Assembly: GCA_028534125.1 (NCBI GenBank)
Contig: CM052817.1
Span: 27,282,001-27,346,000 of the forward strand
Direction of reading: 5' to 3'
Source of the DNA: Lama glama
Lineage: Eukaryota
Length of the DNA: 64,000 nt
Shown here: positions 11,391 through 22,680 of the stretch, piece by piece
How positions within the stretch are numbered: position 1 is the first letter of the stretch
How the letters are laid out: each line of letters starts with the position of its first letter
The notes under the pieces: model-generated
The model's database searches: none
Seen by the model: the letters and a program-made list of their open reading frames with translations, nothing else
Told to the model about the DNA's origin: nothing
Position numbers and translations under genes: made by a program

Positions 11391-12300
11391 AGACATTAAT
11401 TCTCAGATCTTTTTTGAGGAGGGAGGAGGGACTTCAAATAAGCAGTAAATATGAAGGTGGCAGAGACCATCTTGGATGGGTAGAGATGCAGCCTCTTATG
11501 TGACATGTTGATTACACTCAGAAAAGAGCAGACAGCATTCCTCAAGTGCACCTACAGACTTCTGGATTGGTTTGTGCTTTGTCAGGGGGTTGACAGGTCC
11601 CTGACCATCTCTTGATCCAGCAGCCATCAGTAGCAGGGGCCACGGAGATCTAAGAGGGTTTTGCATGCCTGGAACCCGTGTGTCTTAATGGCCTGGTGTT
11701 GAGAAGAATCCATTAAGATGGCCCAGCTGCTTGACTTGAAGATAAATAGAAAAGTGTGTTTTCACATAGCAATCCCAAATTATAAACACGTGTAGATTTA
11801 CAAAGGCATGAATAGGTGTATTTTAGCCCCTGAGTTGAGCTGTGGTTACAGAGAATTCAGGGGTGAAGGTGTTAAAACAAAGTAGTTGAAAATCATTTCC
11901 TGGCAAGAATGCAGAGACCCTGGATCTGGGTCTGCGTTTCCTCCGTAGCGATTGCTGACATACGCGGCCGCGTGGTGACTGCCTGCAGATGCCTGCATTC
12001 TTGTTTAGGTGTTAGTGTTACTCTTTGCCGTTGCCAGAGAGAAAGACCTCAAATTTAGGTCTTGGCGTACCAATGACTTTTAAAAACGCTGCCCTTTTTT
12101 TTTGGCCATTTCAACAGTATTGCACAATTAAGCCACATCCTGAAACTCAATTTAATGGTCGTTAGAGTTCATACTAAACTCTGTTTCAGCCCAGAAAGAT
12201 TAGACTTTGTGCAAGAGACACAAGTGTATGAAATCTTTGCTTGCACTATGAATTTGGAGATTATGCCTTTTCTTGCTCAGGTTTTCATTGTAGTAGCCAT

Positions 12301-12333
12301 TGTGTGTCTGTGTGTGTGTCTGTGTGTGTGTGC
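12301..12333. repeat. Interrupted (TG)n microsatellite
   Basis: Direct reading. Confidence 0.9.
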
Positions 12334-12464
12334 ACGTGTGAAGTACAATTAGAAATAGGAATTTGGGGATTCTGCTTTCGGGTGCTGAACCTTCCTAGAG
12401 CTGTCATGAAATATTTGCTTGATCTTGCATGTGAATCTGTGAGGATGAAAGGAATCTGAGAAAA

Positions 12465-12600
12465 AAAGAATTTTACAGCTGGAAGGGCATCTTAGATATA
12501 TTTGCTTTACAGATGAGGACACATGGGTCCATCAAGGGGAAGATAATGCAAATAGTAAAAGCTGAGATGGATTCAAAGCCGAGGCCACCTTTCTTCTAGG
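12465..12600 (-). mobile_element. MIR fragment
   Basis: agctggaagggcatcttaga…tttacagatgaggacac…ggattcaaa. Confidence 0.6.
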
Positions 12601-13569
12601 CTGTATTACTCACATGTTCCCAGCTGAAAATGGAATACATGTAAATGACAATTATTTTACTTTTTCTGAGAAAGAGGGGAAAGCAGACATTTTTTCAGTT
12701 CACCTTTTTTTTTTTTTTTGATTCCTTTTGGCCAAAACCTTCAAAACATCTTTCCAAGCTCTGTGAAAGGACTCCCTTCGTGGAATGTCTCTTCTCCTGA
12801 TGGAGGCCGAAGTTTGATGCTAACTGAAGTTGAGCAGGGAACAGCAGGAATGTAACCGGTAGATTTATCCTACCGCTTAGTTACGCTAACCCGTTCAAAA
12901 ACTGATTCTTTGGAAAAAGAGATGTATTTTTCTTTAATCAAAGGGTAAGATTTCAAATAGGCTTAGAGCTGAGCTTTCTGAAATGGATTAAAAAAAATGT
13001 AAGTTTCCATAAACTCTGTGGGCCTTAGGAAGCTTTCAAAAAGTATCTGCTTTATTTTATGAAACTGATACCTGGACGGTTGATGTTTCATTGTTTGAGG
13101 GAAGTCAGAGGAGGAGAGATGATGAAAAGGCAGGAGGGTTGTCCATGGTATGAGAAGATTAAAAATACTGCTTTGGACAGAGGTAGACATGAAGCTGTTG
13201 AAAACTGAGTAGTAGGAGTGAAAAGCCTTTCCAGAAGCTCCGTAATTTTCGGAAGATAACAACGCAATAAATTTGAGTCCCAGGTGTTCTCGGTGTCTAC
13301 CTGCCAAGAAGGGTTTCCTGCAAATCCTCCCTGGAGAGATGCTCTTGTCTGTCTCAGCTCATCTTTATCAATGTCTTTTATTTTAGGTTTGTATTTTACA
13401 ACTTCGTTTAGAAGTTCTAGAGCATTTACCTTCCTTCAACAGGTTCCCTCAGAAACGCTGGTCAGAGTTCTGTTCTCTGCCTGTGTTTCTCTTTCAGTTA
13501 AAATGATTGTTTCAGGCCAGGAGGAGGGAGAGCAGGCAAAGAGGGAGGCCAAAGGTAAAAGTCACCATA

Positions 13570-13800
13570 ATGACAACCATCGTGTATTAAGTACCTGCCG
13601 TGTACCAGTGCGGTGCTAAATTATCCTTCTCGGTCTTTGTAATTTGCAACGTGGTGATTGCTGCGCCTTTACTATATCTCAGGAAACAAAGGTGCAAAGA
13701 AGTAAGTTACCAGCTTTTTAACAAATAAGAGGCAAAATGGAGAGTTGGACCCCGATTTGCCCAAACCCAGATGCTGTGCCTTTTCTACTGTGTTCCACTA
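13570..13800 (-). mobile_element. MIR SINE
   Basis: gtattaagtacctgccgtgtaccag…aggaaacaaaggtgcaaagaagtaagt. Confidence 0.55.
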
Positions 13801-14165
13801 TCTCCATTGCGCCTTCCAGTGCATCCTTGGACCACAGCACCCCGGAACATCTGTCTGGCAGCATCAGCCTCTAAGGAGATCTCGTATGTTTTTGGAAGAC
13901 AGCCTCTTATCCTTCTCATTTAAGGTCTATTAATTTCACCAAGTTGAGGCAGTGGCCTGTTTTAAAAGGCACTGTAAATGTAATGTTTCTCCTATCACCC
14001 CCATAAAATCAGTCTCCATGTGACCACACCTCAAATATCACAGTCAATGAAGAACCAGCACAGGAACTGAGAATAGGGGAACACCGGGCATCTTTACGAA
14101 AGTCTTTCCCCAAAAGATCATAGAGCGGTTCCCTTCATAACATGCAGTGGAACTTCCTAAAACGC

Positions 14166-14228
14166 CCTCCTCCCTCTCTCTCTTCTCTCTGTCCTTCTGT
14201 CTTCACACACACACACACACACACACAC
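14166..14228. repeat. CT-rich tract followed by (CA)12
   Basis: Direct reading; CA run at 14204-14228. Confidence 0.9.
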
Positions 14229-15505
14229 CCCCCTTGGACTTGTTAGCTCCCCCGCAAATCTCTTCCCGCCCCAACTACCTAAAATCGTCCTGACTCACCC
14301 TGTACTAGCTCTTGTCTCTCTCGCTTCTTACCCCTTCCTCTGCCACTGCCACTAACCCTCAGCCTTTTCAGGGGCAAATCAACCCAGCTAGACTTAGCTC
14401 CTTTCAGTGCCTCCCCAGAGTCGTGGTTCTGATTCTGGACAACGAAGACTCGGGAAGAGGCAGAAACAGAACTCTCCTTCCCAGGCAGGAGAAGAGGGGA
14501 GGCTTGGAACACGCCCACCCAGCGTGTTTCCCCATCACACTCTGCTCTTTGTGGTCATTGCTTGGTGCGATCGGTGGTCTTGCTCTGCTTCGGGGGACAA
14601 GTGGAAACTAGTAGCTGAGCGATGTTCTGTGTGAAGGAGGCACATTTCACTGAGGGAAATGAATAGACCTGGTGAAGAATCTCAGCCACACTTGAGCTGA
14701 GTGACACACATTCCTTTATCGTCAGCCCTGGCGTGGTGAGAGAAACCTCGCTTGTGTTTCCGCACCACAGACAGCAGGAATGCTCAATTTGAAGCTCTCC
14801 AGTTTGGTGCCAAAACCAAGCCGAAGTGGGGATGGTGGTTAGCATGGTAGTAGGTTTAGACATAAAAGAACATTGACTGGAGGGAAAAGCAACAACAAAA
14901 TGCATGAGGTCGTTGGTCCTCGCAATCCTGTGTTTAGTTGAATGACAGGCTATGAACCTAGGGCGTGCTGAGATCGTTCGATGCCTCCAAGGTCAGCATG
15001 GCTTGTGTGCTGCTAGTTGTAACAGCTTCCACAGGTACCTTCTAAAGTGCAGGTTGTCTCAGGTCCCTTGTTTCCTCACTAACCTTACCTGGCTGCCCAC
15101 TGCATATAGGAATAAAACCCAAACACCTCAGAAAGGCATTTTAGACTTTTCCTGGGCTAAGGGAACATCCTAGGTGTGTCTCCCACTACACATATCACTT
15201 GTAGAACTGGGACTACAGTTAATTTATGACCTAAATCAAGAGACTTAGCGCACAATGAATACAAAAATAAAAGTATGTCAGTGAGTGAGAGCCATTGCCC
15301 ACAGTGAGTTACACCAGGGTAAAGGGTGATGCTGATTGCCACGGAAACAGGCTGGCTTCTGGTTATCTACTGATTGTTTGGATCAGACCAATAAGTTAGT
15401 CCCCTTGTCCATCCTTTTTGAGGACTTGGGAAAGCCCTATAAAAGTTTTTGTCCTTTCCATTCATCCTGTTTATTATCTGCCTTCTGCTTTTCTTATTTA
15501 GTGAG

Positions 15506-16064
15506 TGTATTAGTTATCCATTGCTGTGTAACAAATTACCCCAAAATTTAGTGGCTTAAAACAACGTTTACTGTCCCAGAGTTCCTGTGGGTCAAGAATC
15601 TCAGCTTGGCTTAGTTGGGTTCCTGATTCAGGATCTCTTGTAAGGCTGCTGTCAAAGTATTGGCCAGTCATTTAAAGACTTGACTAGGGAAGGATCTGGT
15701 TCTATGTTCACTCAGGTGGACAGTGGCGGGATTCAGTTCTCTGCAGGATGTTGGCCAAAGCCACTCTCAGTTCTTTGCCATGTGGGCCTGTTCGCATAGA
15801 ACAGCTCACAGTGGAGCAGCTTGCTTCATGAGAGTGAGCAAGCAAGAATAACCAGAAAGAGAGGAGGGAGGGAGAACAAACAAGATGGACATCACAATCC
15901 TTTGTAACCTAACCTCAGAAGTGACATTTCATCTCTTCTGCAATATTCTGTTAATCAAAAGCAAGTCACTAGGTCCAACCCACACTGAAGGGGAGGAGAT
16001 TACATAAGGACCTGTGTACAGGAGGAAGGGATCACTGGGAGCTATTAAGAAGCTGCCTATCACA
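15506..16064 (-). mobile_element. MLT1 (MaLR) solo LTR
   Basis: Starts tgtattagttatccattgctgtgtaacaaattaccccaaaatttagtggcttaaaacaac and ends gcctatcaca; near-TSD GTGAG/GTGAA. Confidence 0.85.
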
Positions 16065-16279
16065 GTGAATGAAAAGATTGTCTTACTCTACTGAGAAAGC
16101 AGGGCATAGATTTCTAATTCTGCAGATTTGTCCCCTATGTTTATAGTACTTTAAAGATAGCAGTTTTTCCTTGGACCACCTCCCTTGCATGACATCTAAG
16201 GTCTGTTTCCCAGTTTTCTTCTGCACATATACACTCAAAAAAGATGATGTGTTCTCTCTTGCCTTCCAAGTGAAAATCC

Positions 16280-17290
16280 ACTTATGACTCAAGATACAAT
16301 TCCTGCCTTTCAGAGGATGACCTTCTAGGAGACAAGTGTACCAATAAAGTCTAATAAAGGTAGACTGTGAAATGTTAATGAAATATAATATGCAAGGAAG
16401 AACAAGGAAAAAGTTTCTATTTGAGAGTAAACTTTGGAAGACTTGGGGTCTGAACATGCATCTACAATTAGTGAAGACCACTGGGGTTGGGGAAGGACAT
16501 TCTAGCCTCAGGGCATGGAACAAGAAAGGCTCTGAACCACAGAACCTGGGTCTTGTCCAGGAGTGGCTGTTTTTTGTAGGTGGCGGAGCCCAGGGTCCCT
16601 AAGAGAATTCAGTGCTGTGAAAAGTGAACGAGAAAGAGTAAGCTGAGACTGGAAATGCCATCTGGAGGTGTTTGGATTCATTTCATATGCAGTAAGAGCC
16701 ACTGAAAACAGAGGAATCTTATGTTCCAGATAACTCTGGCGGCTGTATGGAAAATGGATTATGGGAAGAGACCATACAAAAACCAATTAGGAGACAAGTA
16801 GTCCAAATGAGAGATGATGTCTGCTACTAAACCTTGGTAGAAGCAGTGACAGTGGAGGTGAGGAGACAGGATTTATGTTTCTATGCTTTTCACTGAAAGT
16901 AATATGCCATCAATTATAAGACACACCATTTTTTAAAGTATAATTTTTAAAAAGCCATCAACTAAATTATGACACAGTGCACAATATACCAGCCATGGAA
17001 AGATGCATCTTTATTTTAGAGATTAAAAAAAAGTACACCTTCCTTGGAATTGATGAAATATGATAAATAATCTTAGGAAGATGACATCTACATTTTGGAT
17101 TTGAGCAACTTGGCGAATAGTGATGCCATTAATAGGAATCATGGGAGCAGGGGATGAGAACTGGGTTCCAAGAGAAAAGATGAGTTCTCTTTTGGACATA
17201 CTGAGTTGGCTACCTTTAAGAGATATTCATGTGCAGATGTCTGACAGACAATTGGAAAATGTTGGTTTGGAATTCATGGAAAAAGTTATT
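16280..17290 (-). mobile_element. L2 LINE fragments (interrupted by a DNA transposon)
   Basis: caattcctgcctttcagag…gccactgaaaacagagg…gtagtccaaatgagagatgatg…gatgagttctcttttggacatactgagtt. Confidence 0.65.
16883..17063. mobile_element. MER104-like TcMar-Tc2 MITE
   Basis: gccatcaattataagacacacc…gatgcatcttttattttagagatt…cttggaattgatgaaata matches the Tc2-type TIR pattern. Confidence 0.6.
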
Positions 17291-17651
17291 AAAAAATTGG
17301 ACTAGTTTAATGAGTGGCTTATTTTAAAGTTAAATCCTTACGCTCAAGAATATATGAAGACAAATTATTTCTTTTTCTATAAACACAAACTTTGAAGCTT
17401 TTTCCCCGACAGATTATGGTCTGATTTTTGGAGTGTTTGACTTTCATTGGCAGAGACTAGGGAGTGAGGAAAGGAGTGTGAGACCACAGGAGGAGTCATG
17501 AGCAATTGCTCTCAGGTAGGACAATCATGACAAGATAGTGATTTAGAACGATCTTCATGTAATTGACAATTTGTTAAGATATAATACCCAACCAATCTCA
17601 TATGCTCTAGTCTCTTAGACCCCTGGAGTCTTCACTCTTAGTACTAGGTAA

Positions 17652-18045
17652 GCATGTTCATTTGCTAGGGCTGCCATGACCAAGTATCACAGACTAGGTA
17701 TCCTAAGTGATAGAAAGTTTCTTGTAATTCTGGAGGCTCGGGATCTGAGATCGAGATATGGGCATGGTTGGTTTATTCTGAGGTCTCTGTCCTTGGCTTG
17801 TGGATGGCTGTCTTCTCACTGGGTCTTCACATGGTCTTCCCTCTGCGTGTGTGTTTCCTGATTACCTCTTCTTATAAGGACACAAATCATACTGGACCAG
17901 GGCCCACTATAAATGACCCCATTTAACATAATCACTTCTTTAAAGACCGTATTTACAAATACAGCCACATTTCTGAGTTAATGGGGGTTCTGACTTCCAC
18001 ATGTGAATTTGGAGGTGGGAGGGGTACACAATTCAGCCCATAACA
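17652..18045 (-). mobile_element. MLT1A/B-like MaLR solo LTR
   Basis: ttgctagggctgccatgaccaagtatcacagact…tcttataaggacac…cacaattcagcccataaca. Confidence 0.85.
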
Positions 18046-18876
18046 GAGGGTAAGCCAGCTTAGTACTTAAATTCTTATTCGTATGTGCTGTGAATGCCTA
18101 GACTTGCTAGCTGAAGTCTAATATCCTCTTTGTGCACCACAAATTATTTTTCCAAGGTTGTTTCCATAATTACTGTGTGTCTCTGCAGAGGTGGAGGGTT
18201 ATATATAGCAGTGCTAAAAAACTTTTTTTTCTAGGTTTTTCTACCCACTTCCTGTCCCTGAGGAAAAAAAAATACCATTCTTTGAAGAAAGAAACCACTT
18301 GTTCTCCCTTATCTTTCATTGAACAGCATTTAGCAGAGTTTGTGACATGACATCAGTTCCTCGCTTTTTCCCCCTTAGGAACAGACCTTCAATTAGGAAC
18401 TGTGAGGAAAAAATACATAATAGCAGGAAATACATATTTCAGCCTAAGTCTTGCTTCTTTTTTTCATAGTCATAGCTTGCCTAAAGAAGGAATTTCTGTG
18501 GATCTAATTTTTAGCCTGTACTCCAAACCCAGGTTTGTAGGGATTCTGTGGTTTGACAACAGGGAAAAGAAAAAAAAAAAAACTTCACCAAATGTCTGGA
18601 TGTATTGTTTGAAAGAGTGAGATCATGCTAGGTTGAAACAACTTCTCTTAAAATGTGCCATCATCTGAGATTATTTTGCAGGAAATTTGTCTTGGCAAGC
18701 CTTGCAAAAGAACTTGCTAGACACCTTTTTTGTAATTAGCTGGCTTCCTGCTAGATCTTAGGTCTACCCTCATCTCAAAATGGACACAAAACTCAGTTTC
18801 TCTCTCTGGCATTCTCTCCACAGGATAAAAGACTGTATTTCTGAGTAAATAGTTTGGTATTTTATTTATCTTTTCT

Positions 18877-18964
18877 TTTTTTTAAGTGGAGGTATTGGGG
18901 ATTGAACCCAGGACTTCATGCATGCTAAGCATGTGCTCTACCACTGAGCTATTTCTCTCCCCCA
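18877..18964 (-). mobile_element. tRNA-Ala-derived SINE (camelid Vic-1 type)
   Basis: Minus strand reads GGGGGAGAGAAATAGCTCAGTGGTAGAGCACATGCTTAGCATGCATGAAGTCCTGGGTTCAATCCCCAATACCTCCAC plus an A tail. A and B boxes present; 13-bp TSD ATTT(A/G)TCTTTTCT (18864-18876, 18965-18977). Confidence 0.88.
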
Positions 18965-19039
18965 ATTTGTCTTTTCTAAAATTAACCTTATTCAGCTTGA
19001 AGTTTTGTTTTGACTTAAATATTTTCCTTAGATACAAAA

Positions 19040-19495
19040 AAGGATGCCTGATAAGATGTTATGGGAATGGTGTCACTTCAGTGGTCCTCCTTGGCCCCAG
19101 TCTAACCAGGCGAAAAATAGCAGACAAACCCAAATTGAGGTGCAAGGTACCTGACCAGTACTTCTCAAAACAGGCAAGGTCATCAGAAACAAGGAAAGTT
19201 TGAGACATAAGCAAAGTCCAGAAGAAGCTAAAGTAATATGGTGACTATCGTGTGATGTAGTATCCTGGGTGGATGTGGGAACAGAAAAAGTACATTAGGG
19301 AAAAACTAATCAAACCCAAACGAAACATGAAGTTTAGTTGGTGCTAATGTGCCAGTGGTGGTTCATTAGTTGTAATAAATGGTACTAACCACTGGCTCAT
19401 AATATAAAATGCAGAATACAAGTTATGCTGGAACTCTCTGGACTGTCTTTGCGATTTTTCTGTCAATCTAAAAGCTATTTTAAAATAAAAAGTAT
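19040..19495 (+). mobile_element. L1MC-type 3' UTR fragment
   Basis: cagacaaacccaaattgagg…cctgaccagtacttctcaaaac…gaacagaaaaagtacattagggaaaaact…aatctaaagctattttaaaataaaaagt. Confidence 0.8.
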
Positions 19496-20074
19496 CCTTG
19501 AAAACCAAAATGATTGAAGATAAACATAAAACAGAACATAATGCAAGGATACTATAAAATAGGCAAGGAAACACAGAAGTTATTAATAAACATTAAATGT
19601 CAGCCTACTGTTTGATGTATTGGCATCCATAAATGGCAGGATACCAGAGAGTCAGTGGGCATATCAATCTAATAAACTTTTGTAAATGATGAATTGGTTG
19701 TAAACACTGTTTTATAGCATTCAAAAATTCCAAATGGTAAATCCACACACAAGGTTTCTGCTCACATATTTCATGATCCACGTTTTTAGAATCTGCACAA
19801 AGAAATATTTCATGTCCTTTAGGGAGGTTTAATAAAAAACAACAGGTGGGAAATGGGTTTTGCAGTAGCACGAACGACCATAACCATAAATACTGGTACC
19901 TCAGAATTATAGCAGCGGATGACTGTAAACACATTAATCACCCAACAGTGCAGAAATTCCATCCTCAGATGTCATCTCAATTTCAGGCATAAAGATTAAA
20001 TGCTTCCATTTAAATTCAGAATACTGACTGGATACGATGATCCTTTATTTTCATGGGGAATCATGGAGTGAGGT

Positions 20075-20200
20075 CGCTAGTTTCCTCATCTATAAAATGG
20101 GGTTGATAAATCTCATCTCTGTATCGTGGGATTAAATGAGGTGGTATATGTGAAATGCCTAATATGTGGATGGTACATAGTCTGTTCAACAAATTGTATC
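20075..20200 (+). mobile_element. MIR SINE
   Basis: agtttcctcatctataaaatgggg…gggattaaatgagg…tgtgaaatgcct. Confidence 0.75.
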
Positions 20201-20239
20201 TTCCCTTGTTTATTATGTTTGTGATGACTTTGATGGCCT

Positions 20240-20365
20240 TAAGATTTCAGGACTAGAAGCTACTTAGAGAGTTAGTTTCGAAATAAATTCACCATTATTT
20301 CACAAATGAGGAAACTGAGACCCAGAGGGCAATGAGGCCACTTTCTTCCAGAGTTGGGACTTGCC
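20240..20365 (-). mobile_element. MIR SINE
   Basis: atttcacaaatgaggaaactgagacccagaggg. Confidence 0.7.
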
Positions 20366-20519
20366 CAGTTCTCCCTCAGGTCCTACCAGGTGCCTCTTCT
20401 GGATCCAGGCTGAGTGATGGCATTGGGTGCCTGCTGTGCGGTAGCAGCTGTGACCAGGCTCTCTTGCAGAACTGCATGGGGTAAATCTACCTCCTGGGAA
20501 CTCTGTCCTGCTTCCTCAC

Positions 20520-20793
20520 TGGGAGCCCAGTTCTCCGCCTCCCTCCCCAATAGGTGTGGCAATCGCGCTGTCTTCCAGTTGGTTCTCTTTCACTGCATCA
20601 GCATTTCAGCTGCTGCAGCCTGCTCCGGGCAGAGCTGGGTTTCCTGTGCTGAGGACTGTTTTGGGAAAGGGAATGTAAGGGCACTTCAGCTGCTGTGTTG
20701 GGGCTGACAGTTGGAGCACGCAGGAGAGATGCCCCACCCCCCCCCAGGTGTGGGCAGACTGGAGTTTTATGTGGAATATGAGGCCATGTAGTG
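20520..20793 (+). promoter_or_regulatory. LIMCH1: Probable internal promoter and non-coding alternative first exon of LIMCH1 (start uncertain)
   Basis: Unique GC-richer sequence with a GC-box-like CCGCCTCCC (20535), CCAAT (20547), two CAGCTG E-boxes and an MCAT GGAATG (20670). It ends in the donor GTG|GTAAGT at 20793/20794. From memory, human LIMCH1 has a non-coding first exon at a similar distance in this intron (unverified). Confidence 0.7.
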
Positions 20794-21499
20794 GTAAGTA
20801 AAATGCATTATGAAAAAAAATACATGATGACGGGTGTCCATGAGTGAAGGAAGGAAGCTGTTTAGATTTTAACACTTGTTTTTTTTGAAAAGTTCCTTTT
20901 TCTACACTTAGAGTATGGCTAAAATAATACCTTGTCCCCTGTTATTTTTACCACCTGTTGCTTTTAATTAAATCTTTTTTTCCCTTTTCTGAAGAAAACA
21001 TTGTCTTTTCTTTTGGGGTGTGTCATGGAAGATACATAGACACAGTCAAAATAAAGGGGATTTTCAAGAACTGTGTAAATTAGAGGCAACTCTGCTACAT
21101 CTTAAAAGTTTATTCCTCAACAGCACATAGTGTCATGGGGAAAATGTGAGGACATACCTCTGGGGTGCTGTTTCACCTGAGCCCCCCTCACATCCTGCTT
21201 ATTTCCACTGCTCCCTTTGCTTCCTAAACGTGTCCACTTCTTAAAACAAGGAGGGAAAGAATTGAGGAGAAAATAGAGGAGGGAGGTGGGGAGGGAGGCG
21301 AGTCTGAGGTCAAGGGCTGCATATCCCAGCCTAAGCCCACTCTTGTCCTTCAGAGTCAATATCTTACCTCAGGCTAGGGAAGGAATGGAGGCTCTTTCTG
21401 GACAATTCTTGAATAAAATCCCATCAAAACTGTCCAAATGCTAAACGCTTCATGGCACTGGTTATCTCGGAGAAGGAAATTTTCCTTAGTCAAATTTAT

Positions 21500-21900
21500 G
21501 AGGCTGGGTTGAAAACGAAGCTGAAACAGAGCCTGGCGAATCCCCACGGCAAAATGATTCATCTTCGCGGAGTCGGAAAATCTATTTTTATCACCTTTAT
21601 TCAGCCAACTCCTCATTTTTATCCCCTCACTGAACGACTGCTATTTCCTTCATGGTGCTGAATAGACCAGATGTCTCGGGAGCCTGCACCTTCTCTTTGG
21701 GCTGTTCCCAGCGGGGCTGACTCCGCGGCCTTAGGAGAAGGGGGTTGTTCCGCACCGCGCCTGGTTGGGTGCTGAGCCCCGTGAACGTCAGGTCACACGG
21801 AAGCTGAGCATTCGGGAATGCTGCCTGGGGGAGCGGGCTGCGGGGCTGACGGGGGGGGGGGGGGAACACGTGCCACTCGGCTCTCCTGCCTTTTGTGTCA
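21500..21900. promoter_or_regulatory. CpG-rich block downstream of the internal first exon
   Basis: About 20 CpGs in roughly 400 bp in an otherwise CpG-depleted window. Includes a G14 run (21851-21864) and CACGTG (21867). Confidence 0.6.
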
Positions 21901-22454
21901 GGTGTGCTGAAGGTGATTGGGCGACCACTACTCTTCTTGTCTGGAAGACCTTTCCAAGGTGGGAAGCAGGGGCACGCATCCTCCGAGTGGCTTGCCTTTG
22001 TGAAGGAAAGCATGGAAAAGTTGCCAACATACTCATTCTAATAATAGAGCAGAAACACCGCTTCATGCATTTCTCCATTTCCCTTTCTACTTATGGCGTT
22101 CCAGGCTGCCACATGTTCCCACTGGCTCTTGTCGAAGTCCCATGTAATGTTGAGAGGACTGGCGATTGTTTTCAATCAGAAGGTGTAAAGACCTTGTAAG
22201 AAGGGGAAAGAACCAATTCTTAACAAATTTCCTTGTCAAACAGATTCTACACGCTCCCTGACCGGGAGATACCGCAAATGGCAACTAGGAAAGCAGCAGG
22301 AACGCTGACTATATATGAACGGTGTTCAAGAGTGTTGGGGGTATTTTCGGCACGTGGCATGTAGTAGGCACTCAGTAAGTGTTTCACTGAATGAGTGGCC
22401 CGGATACCGCTCCTCAGAGCCCTCAGTTAGTCTTCTCAACACCTGTCCTTCAAA

Positions 22455-22680
22455 AGGCAGTGCAGTTTGGTCATTGGGAGCTGGCATTCTGGAGTCAGAC
22501 GGCCCAAGTTCAGTTCCTGGATTCACAACTTCTTAGCTGTGTGCTCTTTGGCAAGTTACTCAATCACTTCAGGCCTTTGTTCTTTGTTTCCTTGTCTGCA
22601 AAATGGAAATAATATAGTAACTACCTCATGGTTTCCATGAAGAGTAAAGTAGTTCATAGAAGTAAAGAATCTAGACTTTT
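22455..22680 (+). mobile_element. MIR SINE
   Basis: ctggagtcagac…agctgtgtgctctttggcaagttactcaatcac…tctgcaaaatggaaataata. Confidence 0.8.

Noticed and set aside
761..14298. Multi-exon antisense gene built from minus-strand donors near 767, 13070 and 14298
   Set aside because: No matching strong acceptors or continuous frame; the donor at 767 is explained as one arm of an inverted repeat.
18887..18963. tRNA-Ala gene
   Set aside because: Disrupted acceptor stem, A tail and TSD show it is a SINE copy.
19605..19934. Minus-strand 109-aa ORF as an antisense coding exon
   Set aside because: No recognisable homology and no supporting partner exons; more likely non-coding sequence upstream of the internal promoter.
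20919..20928. MEF2 site near the internal first exon
   Set aside because: CTAAAATAAT does not fit YTAWWWWTAR.
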